From Candidatus Saccharicenans sp. (lineage in GTDB: Bacteria > Acidobacteriota > Aminicenantia > Aminicenantales > Saccharicenantaceae): a stretch of 64,000 nucleotides of DNA. The stretch's first letter is position 1. Every line of letters starts with the position of its first letter. The DNA lies in assembly GCA_049719515.1 (NCBI GenBank), contig JBNARJ010000008.1, positions 43,035 to 107,034 on the forward strand. Reading direction: 5' to 3'. The notes under the pieces are model-generated. The model saw only the letters and a program-made list of their open reading frames with translations. It did no database searches and had not been told where the DNA came from. This document shows positions 39,047 through 48,957 of the stretch, in pieces. A program made the translations under genes and the position numbers.

Positions 39047-39333
39047 GCTTGAGGTTGAAGGCTGTTTGGCAGTTAGGGTGAGTTTGGTTAGCTCATAAAG
39101 AAAAAGAAAAACTGTCGTGAAAAGTTCTCTGCTAAGATTATAATTGTTTAAAAATTGGGCCTTATAACGTCTGTAATTTTCAGCAATTTTGTTGGCGGAA
39201 AAATCTTCAGAATTCATCGGGTTTAAAGAAAGCATCACCCCTTTAATTTTTAAACTTACTTTTCGGTAAAGCAAATTATCTGCTTTATAGCTTTTTTGCC
39301 GGAGAGGAGCAACGCCGGGATCATTTTATTTAT

Positions 39334-40485
39334 TTATTCGCGGGGTTTGAACTTGAGGAAAGCCCCTATATTGCCGTAGTGTTCCAGACGGGAGGGCGGC
39401 GTAATCTGATGAACCGGAATATTTCGGGTCATGGCCAGTTCGAGGGCTTCATCCACCACATCAACGGCTTCTTCTGTCTTCACCTTGCATTTCGGGCACT
39501 CCTCTTCATTCAGAAATAGCATATGACAGCGGGGGCACACTTTACCAGGCTTTGAAAAATTGTGGGTGACCAGGATAGTCTGAGCTTCGAAAGAATTTAG
39601 TCGGCGCAGGGTGTCGGCCAGCCCAGAAACGGCCCGTCCGCCGCTTTCCAGTTCTGAAACAAATTTTTTGACCAGCTCATCCTCTTCTTTTTTCTTCAGC
39701 TTTTCTTCAATTTCCAAACATTCCTTTAAAATTTTTGACGGCTCGGTTTCCGGCCGGGCTTTAAGGCGGCCGGCCAGCTTATTCCGCACATAGGTGTGAA
39801 AATGTTCTTCAACCTGGGGATAATACTGGTTATCGCAGCCGACCAGCAGCCAGTCAAAGCTGTTCTGTTTCAGGATTTCCAGGGTCCGGCTGGCTGCTTT
39901 TTTAAAATGTTCAAGAAGCATGGCTTCTATGTGTCTTTCTATCTTTTTAGCTTCGTTGCCTTCAAAGCCCCCTTTTTTTACCTGCTTCGGCACGTTGCTT
40001 TCCAGCCTTTCCAGCAGCCTGATTTCGCCGAGATAGACTTCGTACCAGACGGCCATCTTCCTGTTTATGAGTAAGATGCAGGTTTTTTTGTATTTTTCTA
40101 AAATGGCCGTCAGGGGCCTTGTGTAAAAATCAAAATCCTGAACGATGCGGTTTCTTGGGCCATGAGGCAGTTCCAGCTCCTGCCATAAATTCTGACCGGA
40201 GCAGGAGAAAATGGCCAGCCCCGGAGCTTTCCAGGTATTCAGTTTGAGAGTGCAGAACTGAGAGATTTTGTCCAGGTCATCCAGCAAAGATTTTTTCTCT
40301 TCCTTGGTGAGGGTGGCCTTTTCGAGAGCCATTCGCGCCTGGTTGACCAGGGCTTTGTAGGCGGCGTTAATGGCTTTTAAGGACTGCTGGCTCTTATCTG
40401 TGTTGAGATAGAAGCTGGTGGCCTGGTAGGGATGAGTCTTGATTTTGGCCAGCATTTCAACCTGGGAAGAGCTGGTAAGTTTCAT
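39334..40485 (-). CDS. Bacterial aeRF1/Pelota-like protein (baeRF family) with C-terminal zinc ribbon
   Basis: Motifs TSFYLN, GLAIFSC, KGGFEG loop, ERH.E....H, GRAVSG..TL..L, CPRC..CPKC and GNIGA.L.F. Confidence 0.85.
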   Translation of the reverse strand: MKLTSSSQVEMLAKIKTHPYQATSFYLNTDKSQQSLKAINAAYKALVNQARMALEKATLTKEEKKSLLDDLDKISQFCTLKLNTWKAPGLAIFSCSGQNLWQELELPHGPRNRIVQDFDFYTRPLTAILEKYKKTCILLINRKMAVWYEVYLGEIRLLERLESNVPKQVKKGGFEGNEAKKIERHIEAMLLEHFKKAASRTLEILKQNSFDWLLVGCDNQYYPQVEEHFHTYVRNKLAGRLKARPETEPSKILKECLEIEEKLKKKEEDELVKKFVSELESGGRAVSGLADTLRRLNSFEAQTILVTHNFSKPGKVCPRCHMLFLNEEECPKCKVKTEEAVDVVDEALELAMTRNIPVHQITPPSRLEHYGNIGAFLKFKPRE

Positions 40486-40615
40486 GAGACCTCCTTTTTA
40501 AAGAATTATTGGTACTGATGAAGACATAGAGGTTTTGCTTCGCTCAAACCAGAAAATTTTAAAATTCCCTCTGCCGTGAAGAAAAAGAAAGGTAAATAAG
40601 GCCTTTATCAAAGCC

Positions 40616-40653
40616 ACTGATTTTAACTTAATCAGTTTACGGTTGTTTGTCAA
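40616..40653 (-). promoter_or_regulatory. Promoter of the baeRF gene with overlapping palindrome
   Basis: Minus strand TTGACA-N17-TAAGTT. The palindrome ACTGATT-N7-AATCAGT (40616-40636) straddles the -10 box. Confidence 0.55.
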
Positions 40654-40788
40654 GAAGAAAATGGCTGCCGCCTTGTAAAGGAAATAATACTCCGGCCCCT
40701 TTAACCAGGGAGCAGATGGAAAGCGAGATAGTAATTTGTTGGTCAGGGAAGCCAACAGAAATTGGAACAGCAGGAGAAAATTCTTTGA

Positions 40789-41607
40789 CTAACTCGTTTG
40801 TTCAAGACGGCTGTTTTCTCTTGTCTTTCTGGCTCTGGCTGTTTTAGGCTTTTTAGGCCTGGGCGGCAACTTTATGACTGTCGTGTCGGCAATTTTGTCG
40901 TGCATGGTCAACCCTTGTTTGTGCCAGAGAACCTGCCAGAAACCGAGGGATAAGAACAGGCCAGAACAGACATAGCCATGGGCTCTTTCGAAACATTGGT
41001 ACCAGTCGAGCCGTGGCTTTCCTTCTAAATCTATCACTTTGAGACGGAAGAGCTTCTTGCCCGGAGTTTGACCTTTAAGCCTGAAAAAAAGCACAAAATA
41101 AAGAAGGGTGATTATGTATTCCTTAATTATTTTATAAGCCCGGTCTTCTTCTTTTTTGGTGGCAGAAGTTTGAGCTTTTTGGGAAAGAATTTCTTTTTGT
41201 ATTTCGGGGAAATCTGCCTGAAGCTGCCACCAGTAATTTTTGACAATCTCCTCTTCGCTCAGCTTCTGAGCTTTTTCATACTGTTCAGGTGAAAGCTTTT
41301 CTTTCAGGACTTTAAGGTATTCAAGCTTTCGTTCAGGTTCGTTCTTATTCTGGTCCACTCTTGGGCCTTCGTTAAAGTCGAGGGTCTGGCTGCCTCCCTT
41401 TTTAATTTTCTCGGCTATTTCGGCCGTTGGCGATGGTTCTCTGTTAATCCAGGCTCTGATTTCCCCGTAGGCGCTGTAGACAATGGAGGAAATAAGGCCG
41501 ATGATCAGAGCGTCAACCAGAAAAGCCAGGCCCCGCCAGACGAAACCTGCCTGCTGGGGATGGGCCCTGTGCCTCGGGAAAAGCTTTTTTAATTTTTTGA
41601 AAAACAC
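40789..41607 (-). CDS. RDD family membrane protein with a large soluble insert
   Basis: Motifs AGF..R.LAFLVD, GQTPGK.L..LKV and Q...HDKIADT.V. Confidence 0.9.
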   Translation of the reverse strand: MFFKKLKKLFPRHRAHPQQAGFVWRGLAFLVDALIIGLISSIVYSAYGEIRAWINREPSPTAEIAEKIKKGGSQTLDFNEGPRVDQNKNEPERKLEYLKVLKEKLSPEQYEKAQKLSEEEIVKNYWWQLQADFPEIQKEILSQKAQTSATKKEEDRAYKIIKEYIITLLYFVLFFRLKGQTPGKKLFRLKVIDLEGKPRLDWYQCFERAHGYVCSGLFLSLGFWQVLWHKQGLTMHDKIADTTVIKLPPRPKKPKTARARKTRENSRLEQTS

Positions 41608-41749
41608 CGATTTTTCTCTTGCTTCTCATATTAACCCGGCCTGAAGAGAATTGCAAACTTTTCTCTGAGAATCTATGTTAGGAGATTAACAGTTTGAGTC
41701 GAGGCGATTGGCTTTCTGCTTTTGCAACAATATAACTCGCCGGCGCATC

Positions 41750-41778
41750 TTTACATAAGGTTGATAAATCTATATAAT
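41750..41778 (+). promoter_or_regulatory. Sigma70 promoter of tRNA-Leu
   Basis: TTTACA-N17-TATAAT. Confidence 0.7.
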
Positions 41779-41803
41779 TATATTTGCTTTTTAGAGGCTG
41801 GTT

Positions 41804-41890
41804 GCGGAAGTGGCGGAATTGGCAGACGCGTAAGCCTCAGGAGTTTATGGCCGAAAGGCCGTGTGGGTTCGAGTCCCACCTTCCGCACCA
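41804..41890 (+). tRNA. tRNA-Leu(CAG)
   Basis: GCGGAAG/CTTCCGC acceptor stem followed by ACCA, anticodon loop CT-CAG-GA, long variable arm GGCC-GAAA-GGCC and T loop GTTCGAG. Confidence 0.96.
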
Positions 41891-41904
41891 CCAAATTTTA
41901 TTTT

Positions 41905-43269
41905 ATGCCCCAGCCGAAATCTCTCCTGTTAATCAACCCCTGGATATATGATTTCACTGCCTGCGATTTCTGGTTAAAGCCGCTGGGCTTGCTCTACTTA
42001 GGAGCCATACTAAAAAGATACACCGGCCTGAAAGTCGATTTTCTGGATTGCCTGGATATGAGCCGGATTGGCTCTGAATACGGGTATAAGCTCAGGGTAA
42101 AACCAGACGGTCGCCGATCTTTTTACAAAGAAGAAGTGGCCAAGCCGGCGCTGTTCCGCGACATTCCTCGCCGTTTTTCTCGCTACGGGCTTCCCTTCGC
42201 TCAGGTTGAGGCGGAGCTTAAGCAGCTGCAGAGGCCACAGGCAGTGCTCATGACCTGCACCATGACTTACTGGTATCCGGGCGTGCAGGCCATGGTTGAG
42301 CTCGTCAGAAAAATTTTTGGCCCGGTGCCTGTTATCCTTGGCGGTATTTATCCAACGCTTTGTCCGGAGCATGCTCGGGCTAATTCGGGGGCAGACCTGG
42401 TGGTGAGCGGGCCAGGAGAAAATGTCATTTTGAAAGTAATTGAGGAAATCGTCGGAAGCCGGTATGTCAAACCTGAAGGGCGCGAGCTCAGGTTTCATGA
42501 TTTTGATGACCTGCCTTCTCCCGCCTATGAGCTTTATGACCACCCGCGGACGGTTTGTCTGATGACTTCCCGGGGCTGCCCGTTTAATTGTTCATACTGT
42601 GCCAGCCGGCTGCTTTCCCCGGTTTTTCAGGCCAGAAAACCAGAAAAAGTTGTGGAAGAAATTTTGTTCTTAAGGCGGGCACTTGGTGTGAAGCAGGTGG
42701 CCTTTTATGATGATGCCCTGCTGTTGAATAAAGAACATCACTTAAAAATAATCCTTAAAAAGCTGGTCGAACACCGGGCTGACCTCATTTTTAATACGCC
42801 AAACGGGCTTCAGGTGCGAGAAATTGACCGAGAACTCTCAGAGTTGATGAAAGCTGCCGGGTTTAAATCAATTTTTCTCAGCCTGGAAACTGCCGACCCG
42901 GCCCTTCTCGAACTCACCGGACCAAAAGTTAAACCATCTGAACTGGAACTGGCCCTGGCCAACCTGGAAGCAGCCGGGTTTAATCGGGCCGAGGTCTCTG
43001 TTTATCTTCTGGTTGGTCTGCCGGAGCAGGACAAGAAGCAGGTGCTGGAAAGCATAAGGTTTGTCAAAGCGCTGGGAGCGAAACCCCGGCTGGCTTATTT
43101 TTCGCCAGTCCCGGGAACGGTTGAGTGGAAAAAGCTGGTAGAAGCGGGAAAATTGCACCCTGAAGCCGACCCCCTCCTCCAGAACAAACTTGTTTTCCCT
43201 TATTTCTGGGGGAAAATTACGCCCGAAGACCTGGCTGAGATAAAAAACAGCCTGTCAGAAAATACTTGA
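41905..43269 (+). CDS. B12-binding domain radical SAM protein
   Basis: Motifs LLINP...PLGLLYL, VILGGIY.T, TSRGCPFNCSYC, FYDD and P.PGT. Start moved to 41905, after the tRNA. Confidence 0.92.
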   Translation: MPQPKSLLLINPWIYDFTACDFWLKPLGLLYLGAILKRYTGLKVDFLDCLDMSRIGSEYGYKLRVKPDGRRSFYKEEVAKPALFRDIPRRFSRYGLPFAQVEAELKQLQRPQAVLMTCTMTYWYPGVQAMVELVRKIFGPVPVILGGIYPTLCPEHARANSGADLVVSGPGENVILKVIEEIVGSRYVKPEGRELRFHDFDDLPSPAYELYDHPRTVCLMTSRGCPFNCSYCASRLLSPVFQARKPEKVVEEILFLRRALGVKQVAFYDDALLLNKEHHLKIILKKLVEHRADLIFNTPNGLQVREIDRELSELMKAAGFKSIFLSLETADPALLELTGPKVKPSELELALANLEAAGFNRAEVSVYLLVGLPEQDKKQVLESIRFVKALGAKPRLAYFSPVPGTVEWKKLVEAGKLHPEADPLLQNKLVFPYFWGKITPEDLAEIKNSLSENT

Positions 43270-43316
43270 TTTAAAGCAAAAGAAAAAATAGTTTATTATT
43301 AGAAAGAAGGGTCAAA

Positions 43317-44270
43317 ATGAGTAAAACAAAAATTCAAATTATGGTCTTTGGTCTGGCTGGTTTTTTAGTTCTGATGATGGCTTCCTGCGCCACCTACCGA
43401 CTGGAAAAAAAATTAAAGCCAGAAGAGTCCGAGTGGTTGTCTGAAGTCCGTTACATCATAACGCCGGAGGAAAAAAAGATATTTCTGGAAATGCCGGAAT
43501 CGGAAAGAAAACAATTTATCGAAGATTTCTGGAAACGGCGCGACCCGGACCCTGATACTGAAGTAAACGAGTTTAAAGATGAATATTATAAAAGAATGGA
43601 AGAGGCCAACAAAATGTTTCGCGGGGAGGGACGGCCGGGCTGGCTGACCGACCGGGGGCGGATTTACATACTTTTTGGACCTCCAACCGAGCGGCAGACT
43701 TTTCCCATGGAATCGCGCGGCTACTGCCGGGAAGTCTGGTATTATGGAAGTTTTCCGGTGATATTTATCGATGAAAACTGTTCTGGAAATTATGTGCTTT
43801 CGGCCATAAACCTCGAACACCTGCAGGACCTGAACCTGGCCCAGAACTACTTTCAGCGGGAGGCCATCACCCAGGAAAAGTCCTTTTTTGATTATGACCT
43901 CAAGGTTTCAAGAATCGAGAGAAGTGCCCGGGCCGTTAAGTTTCTGGTTACTCTGACGATGTCTTATGATGAAATCTGGTTTGAAGTTATGGATAATGCC
44001 AGCCTTCAGGCAGAGCTAATTCTGAGACTTGAGCTCAAGGACGCAGCCGGAAAGGTACTCTGGCAGGGGGAAAAATCCTTTACCCTGACTTTCAAGGATG
44101 AAGACGAACTTAAGAGGCAGGAAGTAAGCAAGTTCAAAGGGGAAATGGAAGTCGAGGTACCCCAGGATGAACAATCGCCTCTGCCGCCCGGAAAATACTT
44201 GCTCTACAGCAGCGTGAAACAGAAAACAGACGGTAAAGAGATTAAGAAAGTCCAGGAAATAAGATTGTAG
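43317..44270 (+). CDS. GWxTD domain lipoprotein
   Basis: Lipobox MASC. Motifs FW.RRDP.P.T..NEF..EY..R...AN and GWLTDRGRIYI.FGPP. Confidence 0.9.
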   Translation: MSKTKIQIMVFGLAGFLVLMMASCATYRLEKKLKPEESEWLSEVRYIITPEEKKIFLEMPESERKQFIEDFWKRRDPDPDTEVNEFKDEYYKRMEEANKMFRGEGRPGWLTDRGRIYILFGPPTERQTFPMESRGYCREVWYYGSFPVIFIDENCSGNYVLSAINLEHLQDLNLAQNYFQREAITQEKSFFDYDLKVSRIERSARAVKFLVTLTMSYDEIWFEVMDNASLQAELILRLELKDAAGKVLWQGEKSFTLTFKDEDELKRQEVSKFKGEMEVEVPQDEQSPLPPGKYLLYSSVKQKTDGKEIKKVQEIRL

Positions 44271-44295
44271 CCCGCGACTTTATTCAGCAGAAGAG

Positions 44296-47200
44296 CTAAA
44301 ACCTGAACCGGAAAGAAAGCTGGGCTGTCCTCGTTCCGTAGGCGGCCAGGATTTTCTGGTAATATGGTGAGAAAATTCTGTTGCCGCTGGCGCTACCTTC
44401 AGCGGCGGGGTACCAGTAACCGGCTTCATCGAGCTGGCTGATGGTGTATTTCTTTCCCAGCAAATTCAGGATATCCAGCCAAACGTTCAGGTTAGTTTCT
44501 GCACCCAACTTTATGTTTTTTTCCAGCCTTAAATCCAGACTCTGGAAGAAGGGATAACGCCGGCGACCGGGCTCTTCAAGAAGGACCGTCACGGGAACAT
44601 TACTCGCTCCATGCTCTTCCAGCCAATCTGGCGGCGGAACGATAGTTACGGTTCTTAACCAGGGCTGGCCGCTGCAGCCGTAGAAGCGGGCACTTATGAA
44701 GAAATCTCGCGGCAGATGGTAAGTGCCCATCACCTGAAATATAAAAGGCCGGTCAAGGTCAAGCCTGGAATTGGTGGTCACGTTGAGAAAAGAATTGGGA
44801 GAGCTGGCCAATTCTGTAAGAGCGTTCGAGGACGCCTGGCTCAAACCGGCATTTCCGGTGGCTTTGCTCCAGGTAGCTGAGGCAAAGAGTTGCCATCTAT
44901 CTGACATCTTTTTTCTGAAGACAAGCTGCCAGCCAGAATAATGTTGCTTTAATCCCTTAACGTTATTTAACCTTGTAAAGTAAGTCGGGGCGTTTTTTGA
45001 AGGAAAATAGACGGTTATGTTTGTATCCCCATATCCCGGGGCTCCTGGCACTACCGTATAAAAGGGGACCCACCAATCAGGCGCATCTGCTAATTGATAC
45101 CATTCTCGGTCGTTGTCTGGGTCGTAGAGCACATCTTCAATCAGGTTCTTTTTCGTACGGTCGATGTAGGCCAGAGAAACAGTCATGTTCTCCCGGATTT
45201 TTTGTTCCAGGGAAACTGTCCACTCGGTGGTATAAGGTGGTTTTAGCCCGGGGGCCACTCTCTTTCTAAAGTAATCATTTTGATGAATGCGGTAGTCCTC
45301 CGGGAAAAGCTCCAGGGTGTCGTCGATATCAACTTTCCCGTCGCCGTTTTCATCATACCAGTAAAAAAGGTGATATTTACCGGGAGAAGCCGGCGAAAAA
45401 TTCATCAGGTAGCTTAACGATAAGTTATCCGCATAGCGGTTGAAGGAACCTTTTAGCAGCGTATTTCCTTTGCCGAAAACATCCAGGACCAGCCCCAACC
45501 TCGGAGAGAGAGTGTGCCAGATGAGCATGTTGTCCCAGCCGTTCAGGGTCTGGCCTCCATAAGGATTGACCCCGTACATCGCCTTGATGAGGGCATTGCC
45601 GTAGAGAATGGCAGTGGAATTTCCGCTGGAGCTCATAAAGACCGGTGACAGCCCGGATTGGATTCTTTCAAATTTCAGCCCGAGGGTAAAGCTCAACCGT
45701 GAACCGAGTGAGAAATTATCCCGGGCATAAAAAACCAGGCGGTGCAAAGAAGCTCGCTGCAGGAGGCCACCTTCTGTCCCGCTGGCCAGGTAAAAACCGA
45801 TGAGCCCCATGCCCACTAAATTGCCGCTGACGGGCGAGAAACCTTCTGAATAATAATATGGATTTCCGAAAAGGTAGAAGTGAATCAGGTTGTCTGTTTT
45901 CCAGACCGAGTAGGAAGCGGTGCTGCTTTCATATTCAGCCCCGGCCAGAAGCTCATGATTCACTCCTAAGAAATTTTGCCAGCGGGTGGCCGACAGGCCG
46001 ACTCTAAAAACATCATCCTTTGTCCGGTCATTATACTGGCCGCTTCCCCAGACGTAGCCGGTGCCCAAATCCACAAAGCGCGGGTTGTCTTTTCCCCTGG
46101 GGTAAAGCAGGCGCGGGCGTTTATTACCGGTGTAAAACAGGAAACCATCGGCTATCGTTTGAGAGTCAAGCTTATAGCTACCGGTAAGGTTAAGCAAAAA
46201 CAGGTTTTGGCCGTTGATGCCCATCGTGGCTATCTGGGGAGTCCTGGCCGAGACGAGGTCAGGGTCGACGTTTTGGTTATCCCGGTTGTAAGTCAGCAAA
46301 AGTGAGGCTCTCAACTCCGGGATGACCTGAGTGGTTAACCTCAGCGAGTAGAAAAAGTCTTTTGCTTTCCAGCTGTATTTGGGATAGATGATGTTATTCG
46401 GGTCTCTCCAGGGCTGGAAAGGAGTGGATCTGGCTTTCTGGTTATACCTGAGGCTGGTAAAATACCAGACTCGGTCGGGAAGGATAGCCCCACCAAAATT
46501 CAGGGAGAAATCGAGGTTATATTTTTCTTTGATTACCGAGCCGGGGTCCACCAGTTGCTCGTTGTTTGGACTCCAGAGGTTGTGAACCAGGCTGCCGCCG
46601 GTGGCAAAAAATTTAAGCTCGGTTGAACCGGAATTTCCACCCTGAACCGGAATCAGCTTGATGAAAGCTCCGGGTGTGCTGTAACTTTCCACGGGATGTC
46701 CGGCTGCCTCCACTTCCACTTCTTCCACCAGGTCAACATCCAGAAGGGAGTTGAGAGACCGGTCAAGCGAGCGATTCAGCTCGTTGGCCGATATGGTAAC
46801 GGTGTTTCCTCGGGCGGTTGAGCCGTTAGCAGAAAAACTTAAGTCTGTGGGCACTTTCTCTGGGGACAGACCGGGGGCCAAACCAAGAAGTCCTTTGAGG
46901 TCCCTGGTCTTGGGTATATGGGAGAGGATTTCCTTGTCTAAAATATATGAAACGCTTACAGATTCTTTGTCCAGCTCCGGCAGAGGAATAAGAAGAATTT
47001 TTTCTTCTTCTTGCTCGCTCGGCTGGAGTGAAATGTTCAAGGTTATGGTCTTTCCGGTTTCCACTTTAAGTTCGTTGATGATGGCCGAGGCAAACCCCGG
47101 GGCTTCCACCATCACCTTGTAGACCCCGGAGGGCAGGTTTAAGAAATGGTAAGTTCCTGTCTTGTCAGTCAGAAAGTATTCGACTCCGACCAGGCTGGGA

Positions 47201-47382
47201 GAAAAAAGTGAAAGATAGGCGCCGGTAATGGGCTTGCCCTGCTTGTCCAGCACTTTTCCTTTGATAGCTCCGGTTGTCTTGACTGTGGCTTCTAAACTGA
47301 CCGAGACAACTAATATCAACAATAAGAGAATAAAGCTCAACTTTGATAGCTTGCATTTTAATTTTGGCCTTAGGCTCAGCAC
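44296..47382 (-). CDS. TonB-dependent receptor (Oar-like) with N-terminal carboxypeptidase-regulatory-like domain
   Basis: Signal peptide, GAIKGKV.D..G.PI.GA, GG.I..DR.W.F, SPRLG..D..G.G.T..K, DLRLEK, N.L and C-terminal RF. AGGAGG RBS. Confidence 0.88.
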   Translation of the reverse strand: MLSLRPKLKCKLSKLSFILLLLILVVSVSLEATVKTTGAIKGKVLDKQGKPITGAYLSLFSPSLVGVEYFLTDKTGTYHFLNLPSGVYKVMVEAPGFASAIINELKVETGKTITLNISLQPSEQEEEKILLIPLPELDKESVSVSYILDKEILSHIPKTRDLKGLLGLAPGLSPEKVPTDLSFSANGSTARGNTVTISANELNRSLDRSLNSLLDVDLVEEVEVEAAGHPVESYSTPGAFIKLIPVQGGNSGSTELKFFATGGSLVHNLWSPNNEQLVDPGSVIKEKYNLDFSLNFGGAILPDRVWYFTSLRYNQKARSTPFQPWRDPNNIIYPKYSWKAKDFFYSLRLTTQVIPELRASLLLTYNRDNQNVDPDLVSARTPQIATMGINGQNLFLLNLTGSYKLDSQTIADGFLFYTGNKRPRLLYPRGKDNPRFVDLGTGYVWGSGQYNDRTKDDVFRVGLSATRWQNFLGVNHELLAGAEYESSTASYSVWKTDNLIHFYLFGNPYYYSEGFSPVSGNLVGMGLIGFYLASGTEGGLLQRASLHRLVFYARDNFSLGSRLSFTLGLKFERIQSGLSPVFMSSSGNSTAILYGNALIKAMYGVNPYGGQTLNGWDNMLIWHTLSPRLGLVLDVFGKGNTLLKGSFNRYADNLSLSYLMNFSPASPGKYHLFYWYDENGDGKVDIDDTLELFPEDYRIHQNDYFRKRVAPGLKPPYTTEWTVSLEQKIRENMTVSLAYIDRTKKNLIEDVLYDPDNDREWYQLADAPDWWVPFYTVVPGAPGYGDTNITVYFPSKNAPTYFTRLNNVKGLKQHYSGWQLVFRKKMSDRWQLFASATWSKATGNAGLSQASSNALTELASSPNSFLNVTTNSRLDLDRPFIFQVMGTYHLPRDFFISARFYGCSGQPWLRTVTIVPPPDWLEEHGASNVPVTVLLEEPGRRRYPFFQSLDLRLEKNIKLGAETNLNVWLDILNLLGKKYTISQLDEAGYWYPAAEGSASGNRIFSPYYQKILAAYGTRTAQLSFRFRF

Positions 47383-47579
47383 CTGGTCCTCCTTTTTCCT
47401 ACCAGAGTCTCAATTCCATAGGTTATCTGAATTATTTGCTTTAATTTCTGTAATTTCCTTTTAAGACAGAAATAAGAATAACATTATATAATTTTTCGCT
47501 ACTTTTTGTATCAAAATACTAAAACTTTTTAAAGAGGAAAAAGTTACTCTGAAGAGCAGAAAGGAAAGCAAGGAAGGTT

Positions 47580-48503
47580 TTATTTTTGGACAGCGAGCCT
47601 TTTGGCCTGGAACCGGGCCCAGGCGGCCGCGCCGATGAAACCGGCGTCGTTGCCCAGGCTGGCCTTCTTAATCTCACAGCCGGCCAGGCTAAAGGGAATG
47701 GCCCGCTTCTTAACTTCAGCCAGGGTGGGCTTCAGCAGCCACTTCCCGGAGTCCATCACTCCGCCGCCCAGAATTATTTTTTCTGGATTAAGGAAATTGA
47801 TCACTATGCTCAAGCCGAGGCCAAGGTAGTAGCCGCATTTATCAAAGCTTTTTACCGCGGCCGGGTCTCCTTTTTTGGCCCGAAGGTAGATGTCGCGGGC
47901 GGTAAGCTGTTCCCCTGAGCCGCTGAACTCCCGGTAATTTCTCACCAGAGCGGTGGCCGAGACTTCTGTTTCTAAGCACCCCTGGCTTCCGCAGTTGCAG
48001 TGAAGTCCCTCGGGGTTAACCGTGATGTGGCCGAGTTCCCCGGCAAAACCTTCTGTTCCTTGCCACAGCTCGCCGTTCAGGATTATGCCGGAGCCCACAC
48101 CTGTGCCGATGGTCAGGAACACCAGGCTTTGAGCTTTTTTCCCGCTGCCGTAAAGGTATTCACCGTAAGCCGCCAGGTTAGCATCGTTATGAACAGAAAA
48201 GGGTACCGGTAAAATTTTTCTCAGGGCGGGGAAAAGAGGGAAATTATTCAGCGTCCGGTAGTTGGGGGAATTCAAGATTCTTTTCTTCTTCAGGCTAAAA
48301 AACCCGGCAAAGCCAAGCCCCACGGTGGCAATGCGCTGGCCGCTGGCCTGGCTGAGCTCTTGCCAGCAGCGGGCGATGACTTCCAGCAGCTGTTTGATGT
48401 CAGGCGGGCTATCAGTTTTGTTTTTGTAGACAACCTGACCTTTACTGTCTATCAATCCATATTTTAACTGCGTGCCGCCGAGGTCAAAACCTGCGTAAAG
48501 CAT
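47580..48503 (-). CDS. ROK family sugar kinase (glucokinase-like)
   Basis: Motifs DLGGT, NDAN.AA.GE, TIGTGVG.G, GELGH and CNCG..GCLE. Confidence 0.93.
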   Translation of the reverse strand: MLYAGFDLGGTQLKYGLIDSKGQVVYKNKTDSPPDIKQLLEVIARCWQELSQASGQRIATVGLGFAGFFSLKKKRILNSPNYRTLNNFPLFPALRKILPVPFSVHNDANLAAYGEYLYGSGKKAQSLVFLTIGTGVGSGIILNGELWQGTEGFAGELGHITVNPEGLHCNCGSQGCLETEVSATALVRNYREFSGSGEQLTARDIYLRAKKGDPAAVKSFDKCGYYLGLGLSIVINFLNPEKIILGGGVMDSGKWLLKPTLAEVKKRAIPFSLAGCEIKKASLGNDAGFIGAAAWARFQAKRLAVQK

Positions 48504-48540
48504 TATTCAGCGTAATAAACAAAAATGAAAAGAGATGGCT

Positions 48541-48732
48541 TCAATTAGCGGCCGGTGGTTTCGGATTATTACTGTGAGTATCTTCTTCTTTCCCGCTGCT
48601 CACGGCCTTCTTAAAATTCTTGATGCCTTCTCCCAATGATTTGCCGAGTTCAGGAAGCTTTCTGGCGCCGAAGATGATGATGACGATGAGCAGAATCAAC
48701 AAAAGTTCAGTTGGCCCGATTGAACCTAACAT
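48541..48732 (-). CDS. tatA: Sec-independent translocase subunit TatA
   Basis: Motif G..EL.......[29 protein letters not shown]. Confidence 0.95.
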   Translation of the reverse strand: MLGSIGPTELLLILLIVIIIFGARKLPELGKSLGEGIKNFKKAVSSGKEEDTHSNNPKPPAAN

Positions 48733-48957
48733 TACTTCCTCCTTACGGAGATATGGTTGCGTCCTCTCCGTTTCAGTCTAAAAGTATACCAGGCCTGTCT
48801 AAAAGTCAAGAAACAGGAGCTGCTCTGAGCGGGCCGTCTGGTTGTAAAAACGGCCGGTTTCTATTAAAATAAATATCCAGCTTGTTATTTTCGGGCTTAA
48901 GATCAGGTTGGTTTTAATTTTCATCCCGTTCCTGGAATAAGGTAACAGGTATAAAGC

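Noticed and set aside
37331-39274. 305-aa and 215-aa minus-strand ORFs
   Set aside because: Antisense shadows of the LamG-phosphoesterase gene with no recognisable domains.
41722-41904. N-terminal extension of the radical SAM ORF
   Set aside because: It runs through tRNA-Leu and its promoter; the real start is 41905.
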